64,000 bases of DNA from Methylobacterium sp. (GTDB lineage: Bacteria > Pseudomonadota > Alphaproteobacteria > Rhizobiales > Beijerinckiaceae): assembly GCA_020253445.1 (NCBI GenBank), contig JADCBP010000008.1:75787-139786 (forward strand), in the 5' to 3' direction. Of this stretch, positions 56,337 through 64,000 are shown piece after piece. A program made the position numbers and the translations under genes. The notes below the pieces were generated by a model. The model was given only the letters and a program-made list of their open reading frames with translations. It searched no databases and was not told the origin of the DNA. Within the stretch, counting starts at the first letter, position 1. Every line of letters begins with the position of its first letter.

Positions 56337-57127
56337 TGCCGATTTCCCGCCTCAAATTGCTGTTTCTGCAGGTATTCGTCGCCATCGGCGCGATCGTCTT
56401 CTGGCACATCGTCACGAATTACCCCGTGATTTCCGATGTGAAGACGATGAAGTTCTTCTTCTCGACGCCGATCGACGTCTTCACCCGCGTCGTCAGGATG
56501 TTCGCCGATGGCTCGGTTTACAGGCATCTCTGGATCACGCTGGTCGAGACCATCCTTGCCTTCGTGATTGGTGCCAGCCTCGGCATCATCATTGGCTTCT
56601 GGTTCGCGCGCAAGCCGCTCGTGGCCGCCGTTTTCGACCCCTACGTCAAGATGATGAACGCGCTGCCGCGCGTGGTGCTGGCACCAATCTTCGCGCTCTG
56701 GTTCGGCCTTGGCATCTGGTCGAAGGTGTGGCTGGGGGTCACGCTGGTTTTCTTCATCGTGTTCTTCAACGTCTATCAGGGCGTGCGCGAGGTGCCGCAG
56801 GTGGTGCTCGCCAATGCCCGCATGCTCGGAATGAACGAGCGGCAATTGCTGCGGCATGTCTATTGGCCGGCTGCCCTTGCCTGGGTCTTCTCCTCGCTGC
56901 ACACTTCCGTGGGATTTGCGGTGGTGGGCGCGGTGGTGGGTGAGTATCTCGGTTCGGCGGCTGGCCTGGGCTACCTCATCCACCAGGCGGAAGGGGTGTT
57001 CGATGTCACGGGCGTCTTCGCGGGCATGGTGATCCTCATGATGTTCGTGATGCTGATCGACGCCGTCGTGACCGTGATCGAAAAGCCGCTGCTCGTCTGG
57101 AAGCCGGGCGAGACGCGGACTGTCTGA
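56336..57127 (+). CDS. ABC transporter permease (NitT/TauT family)
   Basis: The start overlaps the ATPase stop (TGATG). 263 aa with 6 TM segments and an EAA-like loop (YQGVREVPQVVLANARMLG). Confidence 0.85.
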   Translation: MPISRLKLLFLQVFVAIGAIVFWHIVTNYPVISDVKTMKFFFSTPIDVFTRVVRMFADGSVYRHLWITLVETILAFVIGASLGIIIGFWFARKPLVAAVFDPYVKMMNALPRVVLAPIFALWFGLGIWSKVWLGVTLVFFIVFFNVYQGVREVPQVVLANARMLGMNERQLLRHVYWPAALAWVFSSLHTSVGFAVVGAVVGEYLGSAAGLGYLIHQAEGVFDVTGVFAGMVILMMFVMLIDAVVTVIEKPLLVWKPGETRTV

Positions 57128-57160
57128 ACCGTTCCAAAGACAAGAAAACCGGAGGAAAAC

Positions 57161-58198
57161 ATGGATCGCCGTCAACTCCTTTCGCTGGTCGGCGCAGGCG
57201 CCAGCCTGCCGCTGCTGAATGCGCTTCCCGCCCGCGCGCAGGGTGCGCCCGAGAAGCCGAAGCTCACGCTCGGCGTGGGCGGCAAGGCGCTGCTCTATTA
57301 TCTCCCGCTGACGATCGCGGAGAGGCAGGGCCACTTCAGGGATTTCGGCCTCGACGTCGAGATCAACGACTTCGCCGGCGGCGCGCGCTCGCTGCAGGCG
57401 CTGGTAGGCGGTTCCGTCGATCTCGTCACCGGCGCCTACGAGCACACGATCCGCATGCAGGCGAAGGGGCAGGATATCCGCTCCACCCTCGAACTCCTGC
57501 GCTTCCCGACGATCGTCATCGCGGTGCGCAAGGATCTCGCCGGCAAGGTGAAGAGCGCGGCGGATCTCAAGGGCCTGAAGATCGGCGTCACCGCGCCGGG
57601 TTCCTCCACGCATATCACGGCCGTGCATGCCCTGGTGAAGGCGGGCCTGAAGCCGACCGATGCGAGCTTCATCGGCGTCGGCGCGGGCGCGAGCGGTGTG
57701 GCGGCGATGAAGAAGGGCGAGATCGACGCGATCTCCCATCTCGAGCCGGTCATCTCGAAGCTCGAATCCGATGGCGACATCGTCGTGATGATCGATACCC
57801 GCACGGAAGCGGGCACCCGCGCGCTGTTCGGCGCGACGAACCCCGCAGCCTGCCTCTATCTGAGGCAGGATTTCATCGAGAAGAACCCGAACACCACGCA
57901 GGCCGCCGTCAACGCGCTCTACAAGGCCCTGCGCTGGGTGGACAAGGCAAGCCCCGAGCAGATCGCCGACGCGGTGCCGGAGCAGTTCCATCTCGGAGAC
58001 AAGGCGCTCTATATCCGCGCGGTGAAGGCCTCGAAGGATGCCTATTCGAAAACCGGCATCATGCAGCAGGATGGCATGTGGGCCGTGGCCAACATGCTGA
58101 AATCACTCGATCCGGAGCTCGCAAACCTCGAAAGCGGGCTGGTGCCGAAGACCTTCGAGGCGCGCTTCGCCGCGAAGGCCGCGACGACGGTGAGTTGA
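57161..58198 (+). CDS. ABC transporter substrate-binding protein (NMT1/THI5-like, Tat signal)
   Basis: MDRRQLLSLVGAGASLPLLNALPARAQG. A type-2 PBP pattern follows (KLTLGVGGKALLYYLPLTIAE, LKGLKIGVTAPGSSTH). Confidence 0.85.
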   Translation: MDRRQLLSLVGAGASLPLLNALPARAQGAPEKPKLTLGVGGKALLYYLPLTIAERQGHFRDFGLDVEINDFAGGARSLQALVGGSVDLVTGAYEHTIRMQAKGQDIRSTLELLRFPTIVIAVRKDLAGKVKSAADLKGLKIGVTAPGSSTHITAVHALVKAGLKPTDASFIGVGAGASGVAAMKKGEIDAISHLEPVISKLESDGDIVVMIDTRTEAGTRALFGATNPAACLYLRQDFIEKNPNTTQAAVNALYKALRWVDKASPEQIADAVPEQFHLGDKALYIRAVKASKDAYSKTGIMQQDGMWAVANMLKSLDPELANLESGLVPKTFEARFAAKAATTVS

Positions 58199-58278
58199 TG
58201 GCAGCCCTCGGCGGCCGGAAGCCTTGACCTTCCGGCTACCCTCGGCATAGAGCGCGGGCCAGAGAGAAGGATTTCGCC

Positions 58279-58722
58279 ATGCCATCCGCCGTCGCCGCCA
58301 TTCCCGCAGCCCCGGCCGCCGAGGCCGAGGCGCATTTCGCGGCCGAATTCACCTTCGAGACCGATTGCTGGGATGTGCATTCGGCTTTCGCCTCGGGTGA
58401 GGTCGATTTCGTGCTGCTCGATGTCCGGAGCCCCGCGCTCTACGCCAAGGGCCATGTGCCGGGCGCGATCAACCTGCCGCATGGCAAGATCATCGCTTCC
58501 AGGATGGAAGCTTGGCCGGCAGGGACGCTTTTCGTCACCTATTGCGCCGGCCCGCATTGCAACGGCGCGGCGCGCGGCGCCCTGCGGCTCGCGAAGCTCG
58601 GTCGGCCGGTGAAGATCATGGCCGGGGGCGTCACCGGCTGGCTGGACGAGGGATTTTCCCTCGCAAGCGCATTTTCCGCTGAAGTGGGTGCCGGTTCAGC
58701 GAAAGAAAATGCGCAAACGTAG
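58279..58722 (+). CDS. rhodanese-like domain protein
   Basis: LLDVRSPALYAKGHVPGAINLP and the active-site loop YCAGPHCNGA. Confidence 0.8.
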   Translation: MPSAVAAIPAAPAAEAEAHFAAEFTFETDCWDVHSAFASGEVDFVLLDVRSPALYAKGHVPGAINLPHGKIIASRMEAWPAGTLFVTYCAGPHCNGAARGALRLAKLGRPVKIMAGGVTGWLDEGFSLASAFSAEVGAGSAKENAQT

Positions 58723-58732
58723 CTTTGCGGAA

Positions 58733-58754
58733 AGCGCCGCCTGAAAGCGGCGCT
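58733..58754. terminator. GC hairpin between convergent rhodanese and dabA genes
   Basis: AGCGCCGC-ctgaaa-GCGGCGCT, a perfect 8-bp stem in the 40-bp convergent gap. It has no T-run on either side. Confidence 0.4.
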
Positions 58755-58762
58755 CCCGGTCC

Positions 58763-61207
58763 TTACGCCGCGAGCTTTGCCGTGCCCTTGGCCGCGCCCG
58801 GCCCTTCGGCTTCCCAGGCGAGGTTGCCGATATAGCGCCGGTCGAACTGTCCATCCGATCCAAGTGCGATGAGGTGCAGCCAGCGCTGGTCGAAGAGCGC
58901 CCGCACGCCCTCGTGCTTTGCGAGGATCGCGGTGATCGCCTCGACCGGCGCTTCCACGCCGACCGTAAGGCGCAAAGGCTCGTGGCGGAAACTCTCGCCA
59001 TCATGCACCGATTGCCGGGGCAGGCCGGTGCGCATCGGCCCGCCATTGCCTTCGAGCACGCCGATGCCGCCGACCACGTTGTGCAGGAGCTTGTTGCCGC
59101 CGCCATAGACCTCCGGCGCGACGGTCGAGCCGTAATATTGCAGGCTGATCCAGCTTGCGACCACCACCGGCGCGGTGAGGATGAGTTCCAGCACCGGGTA
59201 ACCGTTCTTCGCATCGGCCTGCCAATCATAATCATGCAGGAAGGCGCGGCCCTCCAGCGCCTTGCCCGCCGTGCGGTTGCGGGGTGCGGCGAGGAAGGCC
59301 TGGCAGCCGGCCAGACCCCATTCCGGGCGCAGCTCGGCCCAGTTCCGGGCGCGGGCGATGATGTCCGCATCGCTCCTGGCGCCCGGCAGCTTCGGCGCGC
59401 GCTCGGTCCGCGCGATGATCGCCGCGCGTGCCAGGCTCGCCCTGAGCGTGGCGATCTCCGCGGCATGAGCCGGGGAGGGGGTGTCGGTGTCGTAAAGGGT
59501 CACGGCATCGGTCGTGGTGTCGTGCAGCGCGCCGAGGAAGAGCGTGTCCTCCGGCACCTCGATACCCCTTGCCTTCAGACCCTGCCGCGCCTCGGCATCG
59601 TTCAGGAGATGCGCGAGAAGCCGCGCATTCACTTCTCCCGAGAAGCCGCCGCAGGCGCCGCAATGCAGGGCGCTGGCATAGGGGTTATTCACGACATTGG
59701 CGCCATGGCCGGCCAGCAGCACGATGCGCCCGAAATTCTCGGTGAGCGCCATCGCGCGCAGAACCATCTCGGCGGATTTCACCTTGGTTTCCGCGTCGAG
59801 GCCCGCGCCGAAACGCGGGGGAGGATCGTTCGGCACCGGGGTTTTCGTGAGGCCGAGCCCATCCTTCAGGAGCTTGCCGAGATAAACCGGTCCCGTCGCT
59901 TCCACGAAGGCGAAGGAGGAGACGGCCGCCCGCTTGAACCGGCCCCAGGCCCGCCTGGCCCGCGCCGCGTAGCGCGCCTTGCGCTCGGTGTCGCTGTCCG
60001 CCTGAAGCGTGCAGGTGAAGACCGTGGGGTTCAGCAGCACCGGCAGCCGCTTCTCGCCGACATCCGAACCGAACCTCCTGTGCTGCGCGAAGACACCGAA
60101 GAAACCCGCGAAACCCTTGGTGCGGATGGTGGGATCGGCCTCCTCCAGCGCCCGCCGGAACACTTCCGAGCGCACATCGATGCAGAAGGCGGCCTGCACG
60201 GCCGGCCGGGTCTCGGCTGTGGCCGGGGCTGGCGCGGCGAGGATATGCGCGAGGTTGCGCTGGCCCGCCCGCTCGGCGGCTTCCTGCAGGATGGCGTCGA
60301 TGATCAGGCTCTCGCTGGCGGCGACCGGCTTGGCATGCTCGGCGATGATTGGTGTCCAGAGTGCCCTGATCGGCCCTTCATATTGCGCGAAGAGCGTGAT
60401 TTCGAAGGCGAGGCGGATCGCCAGCATGTCGAGCGTCGCGGCGTCGGTCTCGCCCGCGAGTTCCGCCTGCCAGAGCCGGTAGCGCGCGGTCTGCGACCAG
60501 CCCAGCAGACCATGCAGCATCTGATGGAAGTAGCTGGTGAGAGCCTCGGCCGGCAGATCGAGCGCGGATTGCGCCTCGGCGATCACGGCGAGCGGATCAT
60601 CCGGCCAGTCCTGCGCGCGGGCGGCGAAGCCCGTGAGGCCATGCAGCTCGGGTGTCAGATCCTGCGTCGCGAAAGCGCGCCAGGCCGTAAACGGCCGCTT
60701 GCCCCTGGGCGCCGCCCAGAGTGCCTGCCCCTCATCGAAGTAACCCGCGGCCCAGAAGCCGATCCGGTCGGCGATCAGCGCCGGCCAATCGAGGCCCGAG
60801 ATCTCGGCCGCGAGATCGGCGATGCTCGGCAAGGCGGACGGGGCGGGGGCTTGCGTCGCGATCTTCGCCTTCAGGGCCGCGAGATCGGCGGGCTTGACGA
60901 AATGCGGGCTCGCGGCAAGCGCGGCTTCGAGATCGGCATCGCTGATCGCACCCGTGGTGATCCGCTCGCGATACCAGTTGCGCGGCATGGTCGTCTTCAC
61001 GCCGGCGATCCGGCCGAGGCGCGCGCCGACGGTCGCGAGATCATCCCCGGTCTGGCCGAGGAAGGGGTTCACGGCCACCGTCGCGGCGAGCGGCCATGCC
61101 GGCGGGATCAGCCGGATCGCGGCTTCGGCATGGGAAAGCAAGGTGTCTCGGGAAAGCAAGGTTTCGCGGGAAAGCGGCGTCTCGTGGTTGAGGGTGTTCA
61201 GGGTCAT
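58763..61207 (-). CDS. dabA: DUF2309/UPF0753 protein, DabA-type inorganic carbon pump subunit
   Basis: 814 aa with [21 protein letters not shown]. The beta-carbonic-anhydrase-like ligand set is present: FCIDVRSE (C-x-D) and [22 protein letters not shown] (H-x14-C). GGGAG lies 8 nt before the ATG. Confidence 0.85.
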   Translation of the reverse strand: MTLNTLNHETPLSRETLLSRDTLLSHAEAAIRLIPPAWPLAATVAVNPFLGQTGDDLATVGARLGRIAGVKTTMPRNWYRERITTGAISDADLEAALAASPHFVKPADLAALKAKIATQAPAPSALPSIADLAAEISGLDWPALIADRIGFWAAGYFDEGQALWAAPRGKRPFTAWRAFATQDLTPELHGLTGFAARAQDWPDDPLAVIAEAQSALDLPAEALTSYFHQMLHGLLGWSQTARYRLWQAELAGETDAATLDMLAIRLAFEITLFAQYEGPIRALWTPIIAEHAKPVAASESLIIDAILQEAAERAGQRNLAHILAAPAPATAETRPAVQAAFCIDVRSEVFRRALEEADPTIRTKGFAGFFGVFAQHRRFGSDVGEKRLPVLLNPTVFTCTLQADSDTERKARYAARARRAWGRFKRAAVSSFAFVEATGPVYLGKLLKDGLGLTKTPVPNDPPPRFGAGLDAETKVKSAEMVLRAMALTENFGRIVLLAGHGANVVNNPYASALHCGACGGFSGEVNARLLAHLLNDAEARQGLKARGIEVPEDTLFLGALHDTTTDAVTLYDTDTPSPAHAAEIATLRASLARAAIIARTERAPKLPGARSDADIIARARNWAELRPEWGLAGCQAFLAAPRNRTAGKALEGRAFLHDYDWQADAKNGYPVLELILTAPVVVASWISLQYYGSTVAPEVYGGGNKLLHNVVGGIGVLEGNGGPMRTGLPRQSVHDGESFRHEPLRLTVGVEAPVEAITAILAKHEGVRALFDQRWLHLIALGSDGQFDRRYIGNLAWEAEGPGAAKGTAKLAA

Positions 61208-61249
61208 CGGAGGCTCCCGTTCGGGGCTGAAAATGGGGGGGGAGAAGCG

Positions 61250-62809
61250 TCAGGCGGAGGGGGTTCGCTTCCAGCCGCCCAGCCAGCGATCGAAGACCGC
61301 GTTCGCGTAGAGCCCGTTGGCGAGATGCACGCGCAGACCCGCCGCCGCAGGATGATCCGACCAGAGCGGGAAGGTCGCCTGCGCGAAGGCCACGAGGCCG
61401 AAGCTCACCATTGCGAGGGCCACGAGGCCCCATTCGAGCGGTCCCGGCGAGGGCGTGACGGGCAGGGCACCGGCCGTAAGCGCTTCCGCGATCCGCTGGA
61501 GCGCGAAGTAGCTGACCGAAGCGAGCCCCGCGAGGAGGCTCGTCCGCCAGGTCAGCGCGCGCGGAGCGGCATCCGCGAGGCCTTGCGCGAGGAGATAGGC
61601 CACGCCGAGGATCAGGATCGCGCCCAGCGCAATCGCCTGCGGGGACTTGCCGTCAAGACCGAAGGCCAGCGCGATACCCGCATAGATCGCCAGCGCCAGC
61701 ACGAAGGCACGGCCCACCGCCTTGAGGTTGGGCACCGCCACCGGGCCGGGCCGCCGGCCAGAGGCCACGACCTCCACCGCTGTGCCGGAAGCGAGGAATG
61801 CATGCGCCTTGTAGAGCGAATGCGCGATGATGTGCAGAAGCGCGAGCGGAAAGAGCGCAAGGCCGCATTGCAGGATCATGAACCCCATCTGCGCCACGGT
61901 GGACCAGGCGAGCGCGGTCTTCACCGAAGATTGCGCGAGCATCACGAGGCCGCCGAAGAGCGCGGTGAAGCCGCCGACCATCACCAGAAGGGCAAGCACG
62001 CCGGGCGCGGCCAGCAGCACATCCGCGAGACGGATCAGCAGGAAACCGCCGGCATTGATCACGCCGGCATGAAGCAGAGCGGAAACCGGCGTCGGCGTTT
62101 CCATCACCTCGGTGAGCCAGCCATGGGTGGGGAACTGCGCGCTCTTGAGCAGGGCGCCCAGCGCGATCAGCGTCGCGGCCATCACCACCATCAGCCCGTT
62201 CTGGCCGGATTTCAGCGCCGCCATCACGCTGGCGAGATCGCTGGTGCCGGTGCGGGCAATGAGGAGGACCACCGCGCCGATCATCGCGGCATCACCGAGC
62301 CGCGCGAAGAGGAACTTCTTGCGCGCGGCGCGCCGGGCGGCGGCCCGCTCGGGGTAGAAAAGCAGCAGCTTGTGCAGGAACAGGCTGGTGAGCACCCAGG
62401 TGACCGCGAGCTGGACGAGGTTGCCGGAAACCACGAAGAGCAGCACGGCCGAAAGCGTCGCGGCCATCCAGCCGATGAACTCGCCCTGACGCGCCTCGCC
62501 ATCGAGGGAGCGCGCCGAGTAGCGCAGCACGATCCAGCCGATGAAGGCGACCAGCGCGAGCATGCTGACCGACACCGAATCGAGCCGCACGCTGAGGCCG
62601 AAGAGACCCGCGCCGAGAAGCGGGCTCGTCTGCGCGCCCTGGCCGATCAGCAGCGCGAGGCTGGCGATGGCCACGCCCAGCGCCGCCAGCGCCGCGCTCT
62701 CCGCGACGATCAGCAGGCCGCGCGGGCGACGGCCGGGCATGGCGATTGCGAGGAAGGCGGGGACGAGAAGCGCGGCCGGGGCGAGCAGCGGCAGAAGGGC
62801 GGTGGACAT
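61250..62809 (-). CDS. dabB: NuoL/MnhA-like proton-conducting membrane subunit, DabB-type
   Basis: 519 aa, polytopic, with the PF00361 pattern (SALLHAGVINAGGFLLIR, WSTVAQMGFMILQCG, HIIAHSLYKAHAFL). It lies directly upstream of dabA. Confidence 0.85.
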   Translation of the reverse strand: MSTALLPLLAPAALLVPAFLAIAMPGRRPRGLLIVAESAALAALGVAIASLALLIGQGAQTSPLLGAGLFGLSVRLDSVSVSMLALVAFIGWIVLRYSARSLDGEARQGEFIGWMAATLSAVLLFVVSGNLVQLAVTWVLTSLFLHKLLLFYPERAAARRAARKKFLFARLGDAAMIGAVVLLIARTGTSDLASVMAALKSGQNGLMVVMAATLIALGALLKSAQFPTHGWLTEVMETPTPVSALLHAGVINAGGFLLIRLADVLLAAPGVLALLVMVGGFTALFGGLVMLAQSSVKTALAWSTVAQMGFMILQCGLALFPLALLHIIAHSLYKAHAFLASGTAVEVVASGRRPGPVAVPNLKAVGRAFVLALAIYAGIALAFGLDGKSPQAIALGAILILGVAYLLAQGLADAAPRALTWRTSLLAGLASVSYFALQRIAEALTAGALPVTPSPGPLEWGLVALAMVSFGLVAFAQATFPLWSDHPAAAGLRVHLANGLYANAVFDRWLGGWKRTPSA

Positions 62810-62881
62810 GAAAGGCCTCGTGGAAAAACGGTCGCAGGCTGCCTAACCCAGGCGAATGATCCATAAAAATAGATTGATTGG

Positions 62882-62900
62882 AATATTTCATTCTGATATT
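62882..62900. promoter_or_regulatory. candidate LysR-type T-N11-A box in the dabB/lysR divergent region
   Basis: AATAT-ttcattctg-ATATT, inside the AT-rich 100-bp gap between dabB (start 62809, -) and the LysR gene (start 62910, +). Confidence 0.35.
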
Positions 62901-62909
62901 TAGAACGAA

Positions 62910-63797
62910 ATGGATCTCAATTATCACCATCTCCGCTATTTCCAGGTCGTCGCGCATGAGGGAAACCTTACGCGCGCCGCCGAGCGGCTGAACGTGGCGC
63001 AATCCGCGCTCTCCTCCCAGATCCGCCAGCTGGAACAGCGTCTTGGGCAGCAATTGTTCGAGCGTCGCGGCAGGGCCTTGCACCTCACGGAAGCGGGGCG
63101 GATCGCGCTGGATCATGCCGATTCCATCTTCTCCACCGGGCGCGAACTGGTGGAAACCTTGCGGCAGGTCAGCCATGCGCGGCGCGTGCTGCGCGTCGGC
63201 GCGATGGCCACGCTCTCCCGCAATTTCCAGCTGCAATTCCTCAGGCCGCTGCTGGGCCGTGCGGATGTCGAGGTCGTCCTGCGCTCGGCCGGGGCGGAGG
63301 AACTGATTCTCGGGCTCGAGGGCCTGCAACTCGATCTCGTGCTCACCAACCAGCTGCCGGCGGGGGATGGCCTGACATCCTTCGTGGTGCACCGGCTCGA
63401 CGAGCAGCCGGTGAGCCTCATCGGCGCGCCAGCTTTCGCCGAGCCCGGGCTTCCCCTCCGTGAGCGGCTCGCGCGGCACCCGCTCGTTTTGCCGGGTCGC
63501 TCCAGTGGTGTCCGGCTCGGGTTCGAAGCGCTGACGGACAGCCTCGGTGTTTTCCCGCAGATCGCGGCGGAGGTGGATGACATGGCGATGATGCGCCTGC
63601 TCGTGCGTGAAGGGGCAGGGCTCGCGGTCATTCCGCCCATCGTCGTGCGCGACGAACTCGCAAGCGGCGCGCTGATCGAGATCGAGAAGCTGCCCGGCTT
63701 GCGCGAGGCCTTCTATGGCGTGCATATCCAGCGCCGCTTCCCCAATCCGTTGCTGCGCGAATTGCTCGATCATGCGACCGAAATCGCCTCCGCGTGA
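62910..63797 (+). CDS. LysR family transcriptional regulator (NhaR-like N-terminus)
   Basis: MDLNYHHLRYFQVVAHEGNLTRAAERLNVAQSALSSQIRQLEQRLG: the HTH opens like NhaR (NYNHLYYF). A LysR substrate-binding domain follows. Confidence 0.9.
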   Translation: MDLNYHHLRYFQVVAHEGNLTRAAERLNVAQSALSSQIRQLEQRLGQQLFERRGRALHLTEAGRIALDHADSIFSTGRELVETLRQVSHARRVLRVGAMATLSRNFQLQFLRPLLGRADVEVVLRSAGAEELILGLEGLQLDLVLTNQLPAGDGLTSFVVHRLDEQPVSLIGAPAFAEPGLPLRERLARHPLVLPGRSSGVRLGFEALTDSLGVFPQIAAEVDDMAMMRLLVREGAGLAVIPPIVVRDELASGALIEIEKLPGLREAFYGVHIQRRFPNPLLRELLDHATEIASA

Positions 63798-63878
63798 GGC
63801 CGCTTCAACAGGCTTGATTTCCTCTTGATTTCCTTTTGTCGTTCGGTTTAACAAACAAAACGAAGGAAAAATCGAACG

Positions 63879-64000
63879 ATGCCCGCCCCGATCGAAAGCC
63901 TGTTGCCCGATCTCCATGAGGATACGCAGCTCGTGCATGCCGGCACGTTGCGCTCGCAATTCGGGGAAACCTCCGAGGCGCTTTTCCTCACGCAGGGCCA
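63879..64000 (+). CDS. metZ: O-succinylhomoserine sulfhydrylase / Cys-Met PLP family enzyme (5' fragment, runs off the window)
   Basis: My own translation from ATG 63879: MPAPIESLLPDLHEDTQLVHAGTLRSQFGETSEALFLTQG. The ...RSQFGETSEAL.LT.G stretch is typical of the MetZ N-terminus. AAGGA lies 12 nt upstream. Confidence 0.55.
   Translation, partial: MPAPIESLLPDLHEDTQLVHAGTLRSQFGETSEALFLTQG

Noticed and set aside
58874-62866. A 1330-aa + strand ORF spanning the whole dabA-dabB region.
   Set aside because: It is exactly antisense to two well-supported minus-strand genes. Its translation is Arg/Gly/His/Asp-rich low complexity with no recognisable domain. Long stop-free antisense frames are expected at this G+C content.
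63798-63878. A canonical SAM-II riboswitch upstream of metZ.
   Set aside because: The context is right and a pseudoknot-like pairing exists. However, I cannot find the conserved AAAGCU / U-rich triplex elements that I associate with SAM-II. I therefore report it only as an uncharacterised leader.

Overview
High-G+C (hand counts on typical lines about 60-65%) chromosomal window, most likely from an alphaproteobacterium. That guess rests on PAS_5/DUF1457, DUF2336, a nested-palindrome REP element and many TRAP transporters. I support about 60 protein genes, no rRNA or tRNA, no CRISPR array and no recognisable transposase or integrase.

Layout:
- 1-7.9 kb: housekeeping and signalling genes (tandem PilZ, PAS_5, CBS, hisI, GFA, folE, NifU-like, yidD, PAP2-like, thrS).
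- 7.9-9.0 kb: about 490 bp of unexplained non-coding DNA, then a roughly 620-bp low-G+C islet with one AbiV/HEPN-like abortive-infection candidate.
- 9-19.5 kb: envelope, motility and signalling genes (RAM-domain protein, secreted 3-repeat protein, flavin reductase, SLT, DUF2336, Hpt, CheY-like regulator, nadK, MBL hydrolase, MCP).
- 19.6-24.9 kb: a DUF4212 plus VC_2705-type Na+/solute symporter module, with YggT and an exonuclease-CBS-DUF294 nucleotidyltransferase fusion.
- 25.7-36 kb: a TRAP system and an IclR-headed cluster (thiolase-like, acyl-CoA synthetase, tandem DUF296/PPC, DapA-family).
- 39.2-54.9 kb: a 15-kb single-strand hexuronate/unsaturated-uronate regulon (uxaC, kduI, kduD, kdgF-like, two TRAP systems, UxuB-like, Zn-ADH, uxuA, UxaA-family) with a divergent GntR regulator.
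- 55.5-58.7 kb: a NitT/TauT-type ABC transporter and a rhodanese.
- 58.8-63.8 kb: a dabB-dabA (DUF2309 plus NuoL-like) inorganic-carbon pump pair with a divergent NhaR-like LysR regulator.
- Right edge: the start of metZ.

Most worth a second look: the lone AbiV-like islet, the fused exonuclease-CBS-nucleotidyltransferase next to the two-subunit symporter, the DabAB pair, the DUF296-containing CoA cluster, an orphan riboswitch-like stretch after thrS, and several perfect short tandem repeats at regulatory positions.

All domain calls come from motif recognition by eye. None has been confirmed by a search.
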